Below, in pieces: positions 1-8,940 of a stretch of DNA of 64,000 nt. The first letter of the stretch is position 1. Each line of letters opens with the position of its first letter. The notes beneath the pieces were generated by a model. The model was not told the DNA's origin and did not search any database. It saw only the letters and a program-made list of their open reading frames with translations. The DNA is taken from assembly GCA_963776545.1 (NCBI GenBank), contig CAVZND010000007.1:8631-72630 (forward strand), read 5' to 3'. The DNA is from an uncultured Chloroflexia bacterium. GTDB taxonomy: Bacteria; Chloroflexota; Limnocylindria; Limnocylindrales; CSP1-4. The translations under genes were made by a program, and so were the position numbers.

Positions 1-553
1 TCCCATAGAAGCGGGCCAGGGTCACGGCGCCAAGCTGGACGCCACCGCGAAGGAATTCGAGGACGCTCCCGCCGATCAGTGGGGCGGAGCCGGCGATGTT
101 GGTTCCCACAACGGTCGCCCAGTAGGCCTTCTGGTCCCACGGCAAGAGATAGCCGGTGAACGCGAAGCCGAGGACGACGAAGAACAATCCCGCGCCGATG
201 AGCCAGGTGATCTCGCGCGGATACCGGTGCGCTCCCCAGATGAACACGCGCAGGGTGTGCAGGCCGATCATCAGGACGAGCAGGCCGGCCGCCCAATGGT
301 GGATCCCACGAACGAGGCTGCCGAACGGCGTCTGGTCGATGAAGAGGACGCTCTCGTACGCGTGGTCAGGGCTCGGGACGTACGACATCGACAGCGCGAT
401 GCCGGTCGCGATCTGGACAACGAGCAGGAAGAGCGTCGCGCTCCCCAGGGTATGGAGCCAGCCGATGTTCCCGGGAACGTGGCGGTCGAGGAAGGCGGTC
501 ACGATCGGGGCGACGCCCAGGCGCTCGTCGATCCATCGTCCGATGCGGCGCAT
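1..553 (-). CDS. Cytochrome b subunit of a Rieske/cytochrome b complex (5' part of gene; runs off window start)
   Basis: Not in ORF track (open at edge). My reverse-strand translation from ATG 553-551 reads MRRIGRWIDERLGVAPIVTAFLDRHVPGNIGWLHTLGSATLFLLVVQIATGIALSMSYVP...RGIHHWAAGLLVLMIGLHTLRVF...FTGYLLPWDQKAYWATVVGTNIAGS. This matches the canonical cytochrome b N-terminal helices, heme-ligand His residues and the PWDQ motif. The frame stays open to nt 1. The start lies 4 nt after the Rieske stop. Confidence 0.9.
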   Translation of the reverse strand, partial: MRRIGRWIDERLGVAPIVTAFLDRHVPGNIGWLHTLGSATLFLLVVQIATGIALSMSYVPSPDHAYESVLFIDQTPFGSLVRGIHHWAAGLLVLMIGLHTLRVFIWGAHRYPREITWLIGAGLFFVVLGFAFTGYLLPWDQKAYWATVVGTNIAGSAPLIGGSVLEFLRGGVQLGAVTLARFYG

Positions 554-557
554 CGTC

Positions 558-1109
558 TCAGGCTCCTTCCACCAGCATCTGGCCGAAGAGGATCTCGTCG
601 CCTTCGATGCGGGTCTGGTACTGGATCATCGAGCGGGGCGGCGGACCGGAGATCACCTCACCCGACGCGTTGAAGGAGCCGCCGTGGCAAGGGCACACGA
701 AGTTCTCGGATCCGGTCGACCAGCTGAGCGGGCAGCCGAGATGCGTGCAGTGCGGATCGAACACGGTGACCTCGGTCTCGCCCTGGCGGACCACGTGCAC
801 GCCGATCGGCGCGGTCTCGGAGACCCAGCCATCCACGACGTGTCGATCGACCTGGAGGTACTGCGGGACGCCGATCTCGAAGTCCGCGAGCCGGCCCACG
901 GACGTCCAGTCATCGGAACGGAGCGTCGGGGCGACAGACGTGCCCAACCACCGGATCGGAGTCCGAGCCTTCCAGCCAGGGGCGGTGGCGAAGCCCGCGA
1001 TCGGGAATGCGAGGACGGCGGCGATCCCACCGCCGATGACCGCGAGGCTGCGGAGCACGAAGCTACGGCGGCTGAGTCGTGGCTCGTTGCCAGGGACGTG
1101 ACCGGTCAT
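558..1109 (-). CDS. Rieske 2Fe-2S iron-sulfur subunit (Tat-exported)
   Basis: Twin-arginine-like N-terminus (SRRSFVLRSL), Rieske boxes CTHLGCP and CPCHGG, and SD GGAGG just upstream of ATG 1109. Immediately precedes the cytochrome b gene. Confidence 0.93.
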   Translation of the reverse strand: MTGHVPGNEPRLSRRSFVLRSLAVIGGGIAAVLAFPIAGFATAPGWKARTPIRWLGTSVAPTLRSDDWTSVGRLADFEIGVPQYLQVDRHVVDGWVSETAPIGVHVVRQGETEVTVFDPHCTHLGCPLSWSTGSENFVCPCHGGSFNASGEVISGPPPRSMIQYQTRIEGDEILFGQMLVEGA

Positions 1110-1184
1110 CGAAGACCGCCTCCTTCGTGTCAGAGGGTCGACGGGCGGATTCGAGACCCGCCCGTCGGCCTCCCGGATCCCTGG

Positions 1185-1628
1185 TCAGGGCTTGAGGACG
1201 ATGACGCCCTTCGCGCCCTTCCCGTAGTGATCGCCTTCCTGGTCGCCGTATGCGTACGGCCCATCGCCGTCGAACGTGTACGTGACCGACCCGCTCGCAC
1301 CAGGCGCGATGTGCTCGGCTTCCTTGAGGCTGTCACCGGAATCCGCGTCGACGTCCGTCTGGGTGCCGACGATCAGCTCGACCTCATCGGGACTGACGTT
1401 CTTGGCGACGAACGTGATGGACTCGCCCTTCGTCACATCCACCGATGCGGGGGTGATGGACCCGGAGCCGATCTCGAGGTCGACGGTCCGCGCGCCGGCC
1501 ACGGGTGCCTGGGAGGCCGCGGGTGCCTCGGACTCCTCAGCGACGGGTGTGGCGGCCGTCCCGCCGCAAGCCGCGAACACCACGGCCAGGGACGCCATGA
1601 GCGCCAATCGCTTGAACACAGGTACCAC
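1185..1628 (-). CDS. Lipoprotein with cupredoxin-like (EfeO-N/plastocyanin-like) fold pattern, lacking the copper Cys
   Basis: GTG start and lipobox VVFAAC-GG. The mature part shows the cupredoxin strand pattern (ITFVAKNVSPDEVELIV, GSVTYTFDGDGPYAYGD, HYGKGAKGVIVLKP). The only Cys is the lipobox Cys. Lies 75 nt upstream of the Rieske gene on the same strand. Confidence 0.78.
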   Translation of the reverse strand: MVPVFKRLALMASLAVVFAACGGTAATPVAEESEAPAASQAPVAGARTVDLEIGSGSITPASVDVTKGESITFVAKNVSPDEVELIVGTQTDVDADSGDSLKEAEHIAPGASGSVTYTFDGDGPYAYGDQEGDHYGKGAKGVIVLKP

Positions 1629-1817
1629 TCAGTCCTTTCACGATGCGGCTTGAGCCACCGCCACGACCGTGGTCCGACGGCGAACGTCCGATCCGCTGCT
1701 TGACTTCCCGAGGCTAGGAGCGCAACCGTCGCGAGCGGGTCGTCGGGATGTCGCGTCTCTGTCCGGATGTCGCCTTCCGCGGCATGACCGCACTGGACCT
1801 GTGCTAGAAACGGAGGG

Positions 1818-2951
1818 ATGACGACACCGCAGCCGCCTCCCGCCTCAGCCGCGCGCCTGCTCGGGATCGTGCGATGGGTGCTGCCCTTGGGGCTGGCCGT
1901 CATCGCGGTGGTCATCGAATGGACCGAGCACGTCGCGATCGAGGAAGAGGCCATCACGCCGGCGTTTTGGGGTGAGGTCGTCCTATTCGGACTCGTGGGC
2001 CCCGTCGCCGTCGCGCTGACCCTGACGTGGGTGGCCCGGATCGTCGAGGGTTATCGCGCGACCGCGTCGGCGCTCGAATCGATGAACCGCTCGCTCGAAG
2101 CAAACGTGGCCGAGCGGACACGGCACCTCGAGGAGGCGACCGCGCAGCTCGCCGCGGCCAACGACAACCTGCGCCAACTCGACCGCATGAAGTCGGAGTT
2201 CGTTTCGCTCGTGTCGCACCAGCTGCGTGCGCCGCTGACGAACATCAATGGCGCGCTAGAGATCGTCGGCCAGGACGCGGAGAGCCTGCCGCCGGCAAGC
2301 CGGCGCACGCTCCAGATCCTGACGCTCGAGAGCCACCGACTCTCGCGGCTCATCCAGACCATCCTCGACGTCAGTCGAATCGAATCGGGACGCTTGACGC
2401 TCCGCCTCGGCCCTGTCGCCGTAGAGCCGCTCCTGGCCCGCGCATGTGCGACCACACTCGAGATCGAGCCGGAACGCGCGGTCAAGCTCGTCGTACCCGT
2501 GGCCCTGCCGCCGGCCTGGGCCGATGAGGTCCTCGTCGAGGAGGTCGTACGGAACATCGTCGAGAACGCCGCTCACTACACGCCGGCCGGCTCGCCGGTC
2601 GAGGTGTCCGCCCACGCCCAGGGCGACCGGATCGTGATCACGGTGACCGATCACGGGCCCGGCGTCCCAGCCTCGGAGCGTGAGCAGATCTTCCGGTCGT
2701 TCTACCGACTCGGCAATTCGGACACAACGACGGCCGGGTACGGCCTCGGCCTCTACTTTGCCGACAAGCTCGTCCGCGCCCAGAAGGGCGATATCGCCGT
2801 GGAGAGTCCGGTGTGGCCAGACGCTGCCCAGCCCGGCGCGCGGTTCGTCGTCATGCTTCCGATCGCGCCACCGGATCCGGACGACCCCGAGTCAGGACGT
2901 GCCCCAGGGTCCAACAGCGTGCTCGCGAGCGGCTCGGACGGTCCTGCCTGA
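1818..2951 (+). CDS. Sensor histidine kinase (intramembrane-type sensor, HisKA + HATPase_c)
   Basis: SD GGAGGG before ATG 1818. Two N-terminal TM helices, H-box SEFVSLVSHQLRAPLT, N box VRNIVENAAHYTP, and G boxes DHGPGV and GYGLGLYF. Confidence 0.93.
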   Translation: MTTPQPPPASAARLLGIVRWVLPLGLAVIAVVIEWTEHVAIEEEAITPAFWGEVVLFGLVGPVAVALTLTWVARIVEGYRATASALESMNRSLEANVAERTRHLEEATAQLAAANDNLRQLDRMKSEFVSLVSHQLRAPLTNINGALEIVGQDAESLPPASRRTLQILTLESHRLSRLIQTILDVSRIESGRLTLRLGPVAVEPLLARACATTLEIEPERAVKLVVPVALPPAWADEVLVEEVVRNIVENAAHYTPAGSPVEVSAHAQGDRIVITVTDHGPGVPASEREQIFRSFYRLGNSDTTTAGYGLGLYFADKLVRAQKGDIAVESPVWPDAAQPGARFVVMLPIAPPDPDDPESGRAPGSNSVLASGSDGPA

Positions 2952-3679
2952 TGGCCAACATCCTGGTGATCGATGACGACCGATCCCTGTGCGAACTCCT
3001 GACCGATTACCTTGGCCGGCTCGGCTACGAAGTGTCTGCAGCCTGGGACGGGCAGACGGGCCTGGTCGTGCTTGGAGAGACGCCGCCTGATCTCATCGTT
3101 CTCGACGTCACGATGCCCGGGCTGAACGGTTGGCAGACGCTCGCGCGGATTCGCGCGAAGTCGGCGGTGCCGGTGATCATGCTGACCGCGCGCGGCGACG
3201 AGGCGGAAGTGCTTCGCGGATTTGCAGGCGGCGCGGATGACTTCGTCACGAAGCCGTTCAGCTTCGCCCAGCTCGGCGCCCGGATCAAAGCTGTCCTGGA
3301 TCGTTCCTCACCGGAGCGCGGTGAAGCGGTGGGCGTGCTGCGTGGCGCCGATCTTGTCGTCGACCTCGACCGTCACCGCGTCGTGCGTGATGGCGAGCCG
3401 ATCGAGCTGACCCCGACCGAGTTTCGGATCCTCGCGACGCTCATGCGTGAGCCGGGTCGCGTCCTATCGCCGCGTCAGATCGTGACGGCCGTCTGGGGCG
3501 CCGAGTATGCCGACGAGACGGGGTACATCCGGCGATATGTGTGGCACCTGCGCCAGAAGCTCGAGCACGACCCCAGTCAGCCACGCTACGTCATCAACGA
3601 ACGCAGCGTGGGATACGTGTTCCCGGCCGACGAGCCCGTACCTCGGGGCGCTGCGCCCAACGGCCCGCCATCTCGGTGA
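2951..3679 (+). CDS. OmpR/PhoB-family response regulator
   Basis: ATG 2951 overlaps the kinase stop (TGATG). Receiver motifs (ILVIDDD, DLIVLDVTMPGLNG, MLTARG, KPF) plus a winged-helix output (LTPTEFRILATL, GYIRRYVWHLRQKLE). The longer track ORF from 2813 is an upstream-open frame. Confidence 0.95.
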   Translation: MANILVIDDDRSLCELLTDYLGRLGYEVSAAWDGQTGLVVLGETPPDLIVLDVTMPGLNGWQTLARIRAKSAVPVIMLTARGDEAEVLRGFAGGADDFVTKPFSFAQLGARIKAVLDRSSPERGEAVGVLRGADLVVDLDRHRVVRDGEPIELTPTEFRILATLMREPGRVLSPRQIVTAVWGAEYADETGYIRRYVWHLRQKLEHDPSQPRYVINERSVGYVFPADEPVPRGAAPNGPPSR

Positions 3680-3787
3680 CGTTCGGCACTACCTGACGCC
3701 CGGGACCCGGCCCACCCTGCGCTGATCAAACGGCGCGGTCGCCACCGGCAGCCGATGGGATCGTGACCTGGGACGGAGGACGTTGCC

Positions 3788-4177
3788 ATGGTCAAGGTGC
3801 TCGTCGTCGATCACGATGTTGATCTCGCGGACATGAAGGTCGACACCCTCCGGCGCGCCGGGTTCGAGGTCGACCAATGCGGTGGCCCGACCCACGCGCT
3901 GACGGCCTGCCCGGTCCTGCACGGGATGCCGTGCTGGCAGGTCGAATGGGCGGATGTGCTCGTCTATGACGTCTGGGCGGCAGGTACGGGAGAGTCGGAG
4001 CTCACCCAGGACCTCATCGACCAGTATCCGGAGAAGGCCATCGTCCTGACCTCGCAGGGGATGGACGTGGGCTGGGCCCAGGACGATGCCGGGGCCATCG
4101 TGTCCGGGCATCAGCAACCCGGTGAACTGGTCGCCGCGGTCAAGGCCGCCTACGCCAAGCTCGACCGCCCGGCCTGA
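3788..4177 (+). CDS. Single-domain receiver-like (pseudo-receiver) protein with Cys/His-rich insert
   Basis: SD GGAGGA sits 8 nt before ATG. CheY-like layout (KVLVVDHD, DVLVYDV, AIVLTS), but the conserved Lys position reads GHQQP. The alpha2 region is replaced by CGGPTHALTACPVLHGMPCW. Confidence 0.7.
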   Translation: MVKVLVVDHDVDLADMKVDTLRRAGFEVDQCGGPTHALTACPVLHGMPCWQVEWADVLVYDVWAAGTGESELTQDLIDQYPEKAIVLTSQGMDVGWAQDDAGAIVSGHQQPGELVAAVKAAYAKLDRPA

Positions 4178-4206
4178 TCCGCCGTCGAGGGCGTGGCGCT
4201 CGACGC

Positions 4207-7200
4207 CTAATCGACGAGGCCCAGCCTCGCCGCGATCGTCGCCGCCTCGACGCGTCCACTCACCGCGAGCTTGCCGATGATGTGGGAGACGTGGACGCCG
4301 GCCGTGCTCTCGCTGATGAACAGCTCTTCGGCGATCTGGCGATTCGTCCGCCCGGCCGCGACGAGCTTGAGGACCTCGACCTCGCGTGTCGTCAGGTCGT
4401 AGGCGGCCAAGGGGTCAACGGCCGACCCGTCCGTCTCGTCGGTCGCCGGCGCCTCGGTCGCGGAATCCGCAAGCGGCAGTCGTGCACGCGCCGCCAGCGC
4501 TTCGATGCGTTCTCGGAGCGGGCGGGCCCCGAGGCTGACGGCCGCAGCGTGCGCCGCCTGGAGCTCCGTGGCGGCGTCCGCGCGTCGCGACCGCTCGGCT
4601 AGCAACGCTTCAGCCATGCGGAACCTGGCATACGCGGCGGGGTAGGGCGTCCGCCACTCGTCGAGCAGGGACACGGCCAGCCGCCATGCCGCGGCATCGG
4701 ACGCATCGCCGGCCCGGGTCGCCTCGGCGTCGATGAGCGCCAAGTGTCCGCGTGCCTCCAGATCCGGGCCTGCCGGGAGGTCGAAGGACGCCATGGCCGC
4801 AGCAAGGTTGTCGCGGTAGCCGGCGAGGCGCGCCACGGCCGCGTCGGCACCTGCCGTGTCGCGGCCGGCCCGGGCGCGTTCGGCCAGTTCGGCCTGCACC
4901 CTCGCGCCGAGCGAGAGCGTGTTCGACAGGATCGGCAGGTCCTCGGTGCCGGCCAGGACCTCGAGTGCGTCCTCGGTCGCCTGTCGCGCCTCGGCGAGGT
5001 CGTTGCGCCAGAGGTGCAGTTCGATGGCACCCTGACGAAGTGGTCCGTTGAATTGCGCCTCGCTGCCGGCGCCGAGAGCCGCGAACCCACGCTCGAGTGC
5101 CCCTTCGGCCGCGGCCATGTCGCCGCGGGCGACGTACAGGAGGGCCAGCGTCGACTCGCAGAAGATCTGGCCGACCCCCGTCGCCACGGACGACACGCCC
5201 TCGGCCAGGCGCAGCGCCTCATCCCAGCGGCCAAGCAGGTAGTACGAGCTGGCCGCATTGAGGGTGTGGAAGACCCCGTATTGGCTCGGGCCGCCGAGAC
5301 CCACTTCGCTCATGCGCGCCGCGCCTTCCAGCGAGACGGTGGCGGCCTCCTCGAAGGCACCGGTCAGTTCGATGGCCGTCGACAGGCAGGAGTAGGCGCG
5401 ACCCAGATCGTCGACGGCCCCGAGCGCGTCCGAGATCTCCACGGACCGGCGCAGGATCTCGATGCCCGCGTCCGAATCGCCGATCTGGGCCAGCGCCAGG
5501 CCCTCGGACGCCATCGCGTGCGCCTCGATCTCCCGGTTGCCGACCGCCTGTGCCATGGCGATCGCGGCGCGCGCATGCTCGCGTGACTCCGTGTAGCGGG
5601 ACGCCAGCATGAGGATCTGTGCGTAGCCGGCAAGGACGCGGGCACGAGCCGCGGTCGGGGGCTGGGCCGGGACGAGCTCGGCCGCCCTCGTGTAGGCGGC
5701 GATGGATTCGTCGATCTCGCCTTGCGTCCAGAGGGCCCGCCCGAGGCGCTCGTAGATCAGCCCGGCCTCGGTCGGATCCGTTTCCGGGTCGATCCCTTCG
5801 AGCACGCTTCGGTAGAGGGCCTGGGCACGAGCGAAGGCGCCGGCCAGCTGGGCGGCCTGTCCGGCGCGGCGGAGGAGGTCGGAGCGCGACATCCCGCACG
5901 ATCCCTCGGGGTCGGATACCGCGTCCCAGAGCTCGAGCGCCCGCTCGAACTGTCGATGGGCTTCGGCGTACGCATAGGCATCGAATGCGGCGACGCCCGC
6001 CACGACCGAGGCATGGATGGCGCGCTCCTGGTCTCGCGCGGCGAGCCAGTGATGGGCGATCTCTGCCAGACGGCCGGCTCCATCACCGGGATCGGGTCGG
6101 GATTCGAGCTCCGTCGCGATCGCGGCGTGAAGTCTTCGGCGGTCGCCGGGCAGGAGCGCGTCGTACACGGCCTCACCCATCAGCGCATGCCGGAACGCAT
6201 AGCGCTCGGCATCGCCGTCGACTTCGGCCACGAGCAGCCCGGCCGTCGTCGCCTCGTCGAGCCCGGACAGGAACTGGCGCTCGTCCAGGTCCGCGATCGT
6301 GGCCAGCAGGTCGTGGTCGACCCGTCGACCGGCCACGGAAGCCGCCCCGAGCAGGCGGTGCGTGTCCTCGCCGATGCCGGCGAGCCGGGCTCGGAGCACT
6401 TCGGCGAGGGTCACCGGCAGTCGCCGATTCCGGGCGCCCGTGGCGAGCAACTCCTCGGCGAAGAAGGGATTCCCTTCCGAGCGGCTCCAGATGGCGTCCG
6501 CGACCGCGCCATCGAGGTCGCCGCCCATGATGGCCGCGAGCTGCCGCATCACCTCGTCGCGATCCAGCCTCGCGAGCTCGATCCGCTCGACGCAGGCGAC
6601 GCGGTCGACCTCGGCCAGCCAGGGCAAAAGGGGGTGGCGGCGGTGGAGCTCGTCACTCCGGAAGGTCGCAACGATGAGCAGCTGCTCATCGCGAACGTTG
6701 CGGACGAGGAAGGCCAGGAGTTCCCGGGTCGAGTCGTCGGCCCAATGGACGTCCTCGACGACGAGCATGACCACCCGCTCCTCGCCGAGCCGACGCAGCA
6801 GGTCGAACAACGTCTCGTACAGGCGGCTCCGTGCCCATTCGGGCCGCAACTCGGCGGCATCCATGGAGCGGATCGGCGACGAGCCCACGAGTCGGAGGTC
6901 GGCGGCGGCCGCACGGAGCGCGTCGCGGGTGGCCGACGACCTGCCGCCGCTCGGGCCGCCGGCTTCGTCGTCGAGGGTCCGGACCAACGGGCGGATGGCT
7001 TCGACGATCGGGCCGAACGGGAGCGAGCCCTCCGCGACCCCGACACATCCGCCGCTCAGCACGAGTGCACCCTCGGCCCGCGCGTGCTCGGTCGCCTCAC
7101 CGACCAGCCGGGTCTTGCCGATCCCTGCCTCACCGCCGACGAGCACGACCCGGGCGCGGCCCGCCGACGCGTCGGCGAACGCGTTCGCGAGGACCTCGAG

Positions 7201-7248
7201 TTCGACGTCGCGGCCGACGATCTCCGGGCTGACGATTCGACCGACCAT
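4207..7248 (-). CDS. LAL-type transcriptional regulator (AAA/STAND ATPase + TPR-like repeats + C-terminal LuxR HTH)
   Basis: Walker A GEAGIGKT, Walker B LVVEDVHWAD, a long helical-repeat region, and a LuxR HTH (TTREVEVLKLVAAGRTNRQIAEELFISESTAGVHVSHIIGKL). Start placed at ATG 7248 (MVGRIVSPEIVGRDVELEVL). The track ORF extends to 7410, but third-position GC drops there and it overlaps a better-looking small ORF. Confidence 0.88.
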   Translation of the reverse strand: MVGRIVSPEIVGRDVELEVLANAFADASAGRARVVLVGGEAGIGKTRLVGEATEHARAEGALVLSGGCVGVAEGSLPFGPIVEAIRPLVRTLDDEAGGPSGGRSSATRDALRAAAADLRLVGSSPIRSMDAAELRPEWARSRLYETLFDLLRRLGEERVVMLVVEDVHWADDSTRELLAFLVRNVRDEQLLIVATFRSDELHRRHPLLPWLAEVDRVACVERIELARLDRDEVMRQLAAIMGGDLDGAVADAIWSRSEGNPFFAEELLATGARNRRLPVTLAEVLRARLAGIGEDTHRLLGAASVAGRRVDHDLLATIADLDERQFLSGLDEATTAGLLVAEVDGDAERYAFRHALMGEAVYDALLPGDRRRLHAAIATELESRPDPGDGAGRLAEIAHHWLAARDQERAIHASVVAGVAAFDAYAYAEAHRQFERALELWDAVSDPEGSCGMSRSDLLRRAGQAAQLAGAFARAQALYRSVLEGIDPETDPTEAGLIYERLGRALWTQGEIDESIAAYTRAAELVPAQPPTAARARVLAGYAQILMLASRYTESREHARAAIAMAQAVGNREIEAHAMASEGLALAQIGDSDAGIEILRRSVEISDALGAVDDLGRAYSCLSTAIELTGAFEEAATVSLEGAARMSEVGLGGPSQYGVFHTLNAASSYYLLGRWDEALRLAEGVSSVATGVGQIFCESTLALLYVARGDMAAAEGALERGFAALGAGSEAQFNGPLRQGAIELHLWRNDLAEARQATEDALEVLAGTEDLPILSNTLSLGARVQAELAERARAGRDTAGADAAVARLAGYRDNLAAAMASFDLPAGPDLEARGHLALIDAEATRAGDASDAAAWRLAVSLLDEWRTPYPAAYARFRMAEALLAERSRRADAATELQAAHAAAVSLGARPLRERIEALAARARLPLADSATEAPATDETDGSAVDPLAAYDLTTREVEVLKLVAAGRTNRQIAEELFISESTAGVHVSHIIGKLAVSGRVEAATIAARLGLVD

Positions 7249-7333
7249 CGCCTCGATGATACGAGGCGCCGACGGGCCATCGAGCTCGGCCGTCGGACGT
7301 GGATGCGCCTGGGCGACCACCGCCTGCGACCGG

Positions 7334-7498
7334 TCAGACGGCGGCCGGCGTGCGATCGAGTCGGAAGAAGCGGGTGATGGTCCGACGGTGGGTCGGCTCG
7401 GCGGCGCCACGGATCGTTCGAGCGAGGCGGTCGGCGTCGGCCGTGGCGTGGAGCTGCGCGATCCGCAGGTCGGCGAGGGTCTTCTCGGTCGAGGTCAT
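7334..7498 (-). CDS. Candidate 54-aa protein of unknown function (below ORF-track size cutoff)
   Basis: My translation: MTSTEKTLADLRIAQLHATADADRLARTIRGAAEPTHRRTITRFFRLDRTPAAV. ATG is preceded by GGAAGGACGGGAACACG. About 48 of 54 codons end in G/C, which is coding-like for this genome. No family recognised. Confidence 0.35.
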   Translation of the reverse strand: MTSTEKTLADLRIAQLHATADADRLARTIRGAAEPTHRRTITRFFRLDRTPAAV

Positions 7499-7717
7499 CG
7501 TGTTCCCGTCCTTCCGTTCGTCTGGGTCGATGCGGGCTTCGCGTATCGGCAGGCATGAACGTACGGTTCGGGACCCATCCCGGACATCGAGCGGTCTGGC
7601 CGTTGACGGCCGACTCCGCCTTCATTTCCATGTGACGACCCTTTACGCGGCCTCGTCCGCACGTTTACGCACGGAACCGGCCCCGACACCGGGTCGACGG
7701 GACGGTAGGCTTGGGCG

Positions 7718-8731
7718 ATGTCCAACGTCCCTGCCACGTTCCGCGCCTTCGTCGCCGAGAAGGTCGAGCGAGAAGGCGCGCCCGTCGTCGATCGGGGCAT
7801 CCGCCCATTCGCCGAAGTCGACCTGCCGGCCGGCGACGTCGAGATCCGCGTCGAGTGGTCGAGCGTCAACTACAAGGACGGGCTCGCCACGCGGGCCGAC
7901 GGCAAGGTGGCGCGGATCAGCCCGTTGATCCCGGGCATCGATCTCGCGGGCGAAGTCGTCTCGAGCGCCGACCCGGCGATCGCGGTCGGGTCGAGCGTCG
8001 TGGCCCATGGCTACGAGCTGGGCGTCTCGCGGCACGGCGGCTTCAGCGAGTACCAGCGGGTGCCGGCGGGTTGGGTCGTCCCGCTCGTTGCGGGCCTCTC
8101 GACTCGCGACGCGATGGCGATCGGCACCGCCGGGTTCACCGCCGCGATGTCCGTCGTGGCGCTCGAAGATCGAGGCATGTCCCCGTCGGATGGGCCGGTC
8201 CTCGTGACGGGGGCGAGCGGGGGAGTCGGCGGGACCGCCCTCGCGATCCTGGCCGAGCGCGGCTACGAGGTCTGGGCCGCGACCGGCAAACCGGACGAGG
8301 CCGGGCGGCTCGTGTCCCTGGGTGCGGCCGGGATCCTGACCCGGGACGAGGTGACCGCCGAGGGCCGTCCGCTCGACGCGGAACGGTGGGCGGGTGCCGT
8401 GGACGCCGTCGGCGGGGCGACGCTGCCGTACGTCCTCCGAACGCTCAAGACCGGCGCGGCGGCGGCGGCGAGCGGCAACGCCGGCGGCCCGAAGCTCGAG
8501 ACGACCGTCTTCCCGTTCATCCTGCGCGGGGTCGCCCTGCTGGGGATGGACTCGGTCACGGTCCCCATCGAGCGACGCCGCCGGATCTGGGACCGGCTCG
8601 GGACCGATCTGCGGCCCCGCGACCTCGGCGTCCACTGCCAGGAGGTCACGCTCGATACGCTCGAGCCGGCCCTCGATGGCATCGTCGCCGGTGAGGCTCG
8701 CGGTCGCTGGATCGTCCGGGTCGGGGCGTAA
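7718..8731 (+). CDS. acuI: YhdH/AcuI-family NADPH-dependent acrylyl-CoA/quinone reductase (MDR superfamily)
   Basis: Family hallmarks: VEWSSVNYKDGLA, PLIPGIDLAGEV, GGFSEYQRVPAGWVVPL, nucleotide loop VLVTGASGGVGG, and C-terminal GRWIVRV. Confidence 0.88.
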   Translation: MSNVPATFRAFVAEKVEREGAPVVDRGIRPFAEVDLPAGDVEIRVEWSSVNYKDGLATRADGKVARISPLIPGIDLAGEVVSSADPAIAVGSSVVAHGYELGVSRHGGFSEYQRVPAGWVVPLVAGLSTRDAMAIGTAGFTAAMSVVALEDRGMSPSDGPVLVTGASGGVGGTALAILAERGYEVWAATGKPDEAGRLVSLGAAGILTRDEVTAEGRPLDAERWAGAVDAVGGATLPYVLRTLKTGAAAAASGNAGGPKLETTVFPFILRGVALLGMDSVTVPIERRRRIWDRLGTDLRPRDLGVHCQEVTLDTLEPALDGIVAGEARGRWIVRVGA

Positions 8732-8743
8732 CGCGGTCGGGGC

Positions 8744-8940
8744 TTGCACGAGATGCCAGCAACGTCGCCGGGAGCTGCCTGCACCGGCGAAACGCGTTCG
8801 AACATTGCAGGAGACGCAAGGTCACGACCGATCCGAACGATCAGCTGATCGATTCGTGCACCCGGTGCAAGGTTCGGTCAGGCCGGCGACGTAGCTTGCA
8901 CTTCGTGCAACGGCGTGCCGCGTTCTTGCATCTGACGCAC
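8744..8940. repeat. Array of TTGCAC-N3-GTGCAA type palindromes in a convergent intergenic region
   Basis: Perfect 15-bp palindrome TTGCACttcGTGCAA at 8896-8910 and near-perfect GTGCACccgGTGCAA at 8856-8870. Degenerate copies at 8744-8758, 8805-8819 and 8926-8940, plus a TGCAC half at 8780-8784. A 12-bp palindrome GATCAGCTGATC lies at 8839-8850. Confidence 0.6.

Noticed and set aside
156-1703. 515-aa plus-strand ORF. Many similar long ORFs occur elsewhere, e.g. 5722-7377, 7643-8749, 14644-16605, 44288-46477, 55845-57578 and 59761-61059.
   Set aside because: Their translations are Arg/Pro/Gly/Ala-rich with no motifs. They lie antisense or out of frame to genes with clear family signatures. These are typical shadow ORFs of a ~70% GC genome.
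7249-7410. N-terminal 54-residue extension of the LAL regulator (track ORF start at 7410).
   Set aside because: The extension is Pro/Ser/Arg-rich with poorer third-position GC. It overlaps a better-scoring small ORF. Typical family members begin shortly before the GR..EL motif, which follows ATG 7248.
8793-8803. TCGAAC resembling an actinobacterial LexA (SOS) box half-site.
   Set aside because: Only one half-site is present, the partner GTTCGA at the proper spacing is absent, and no gene starts here.
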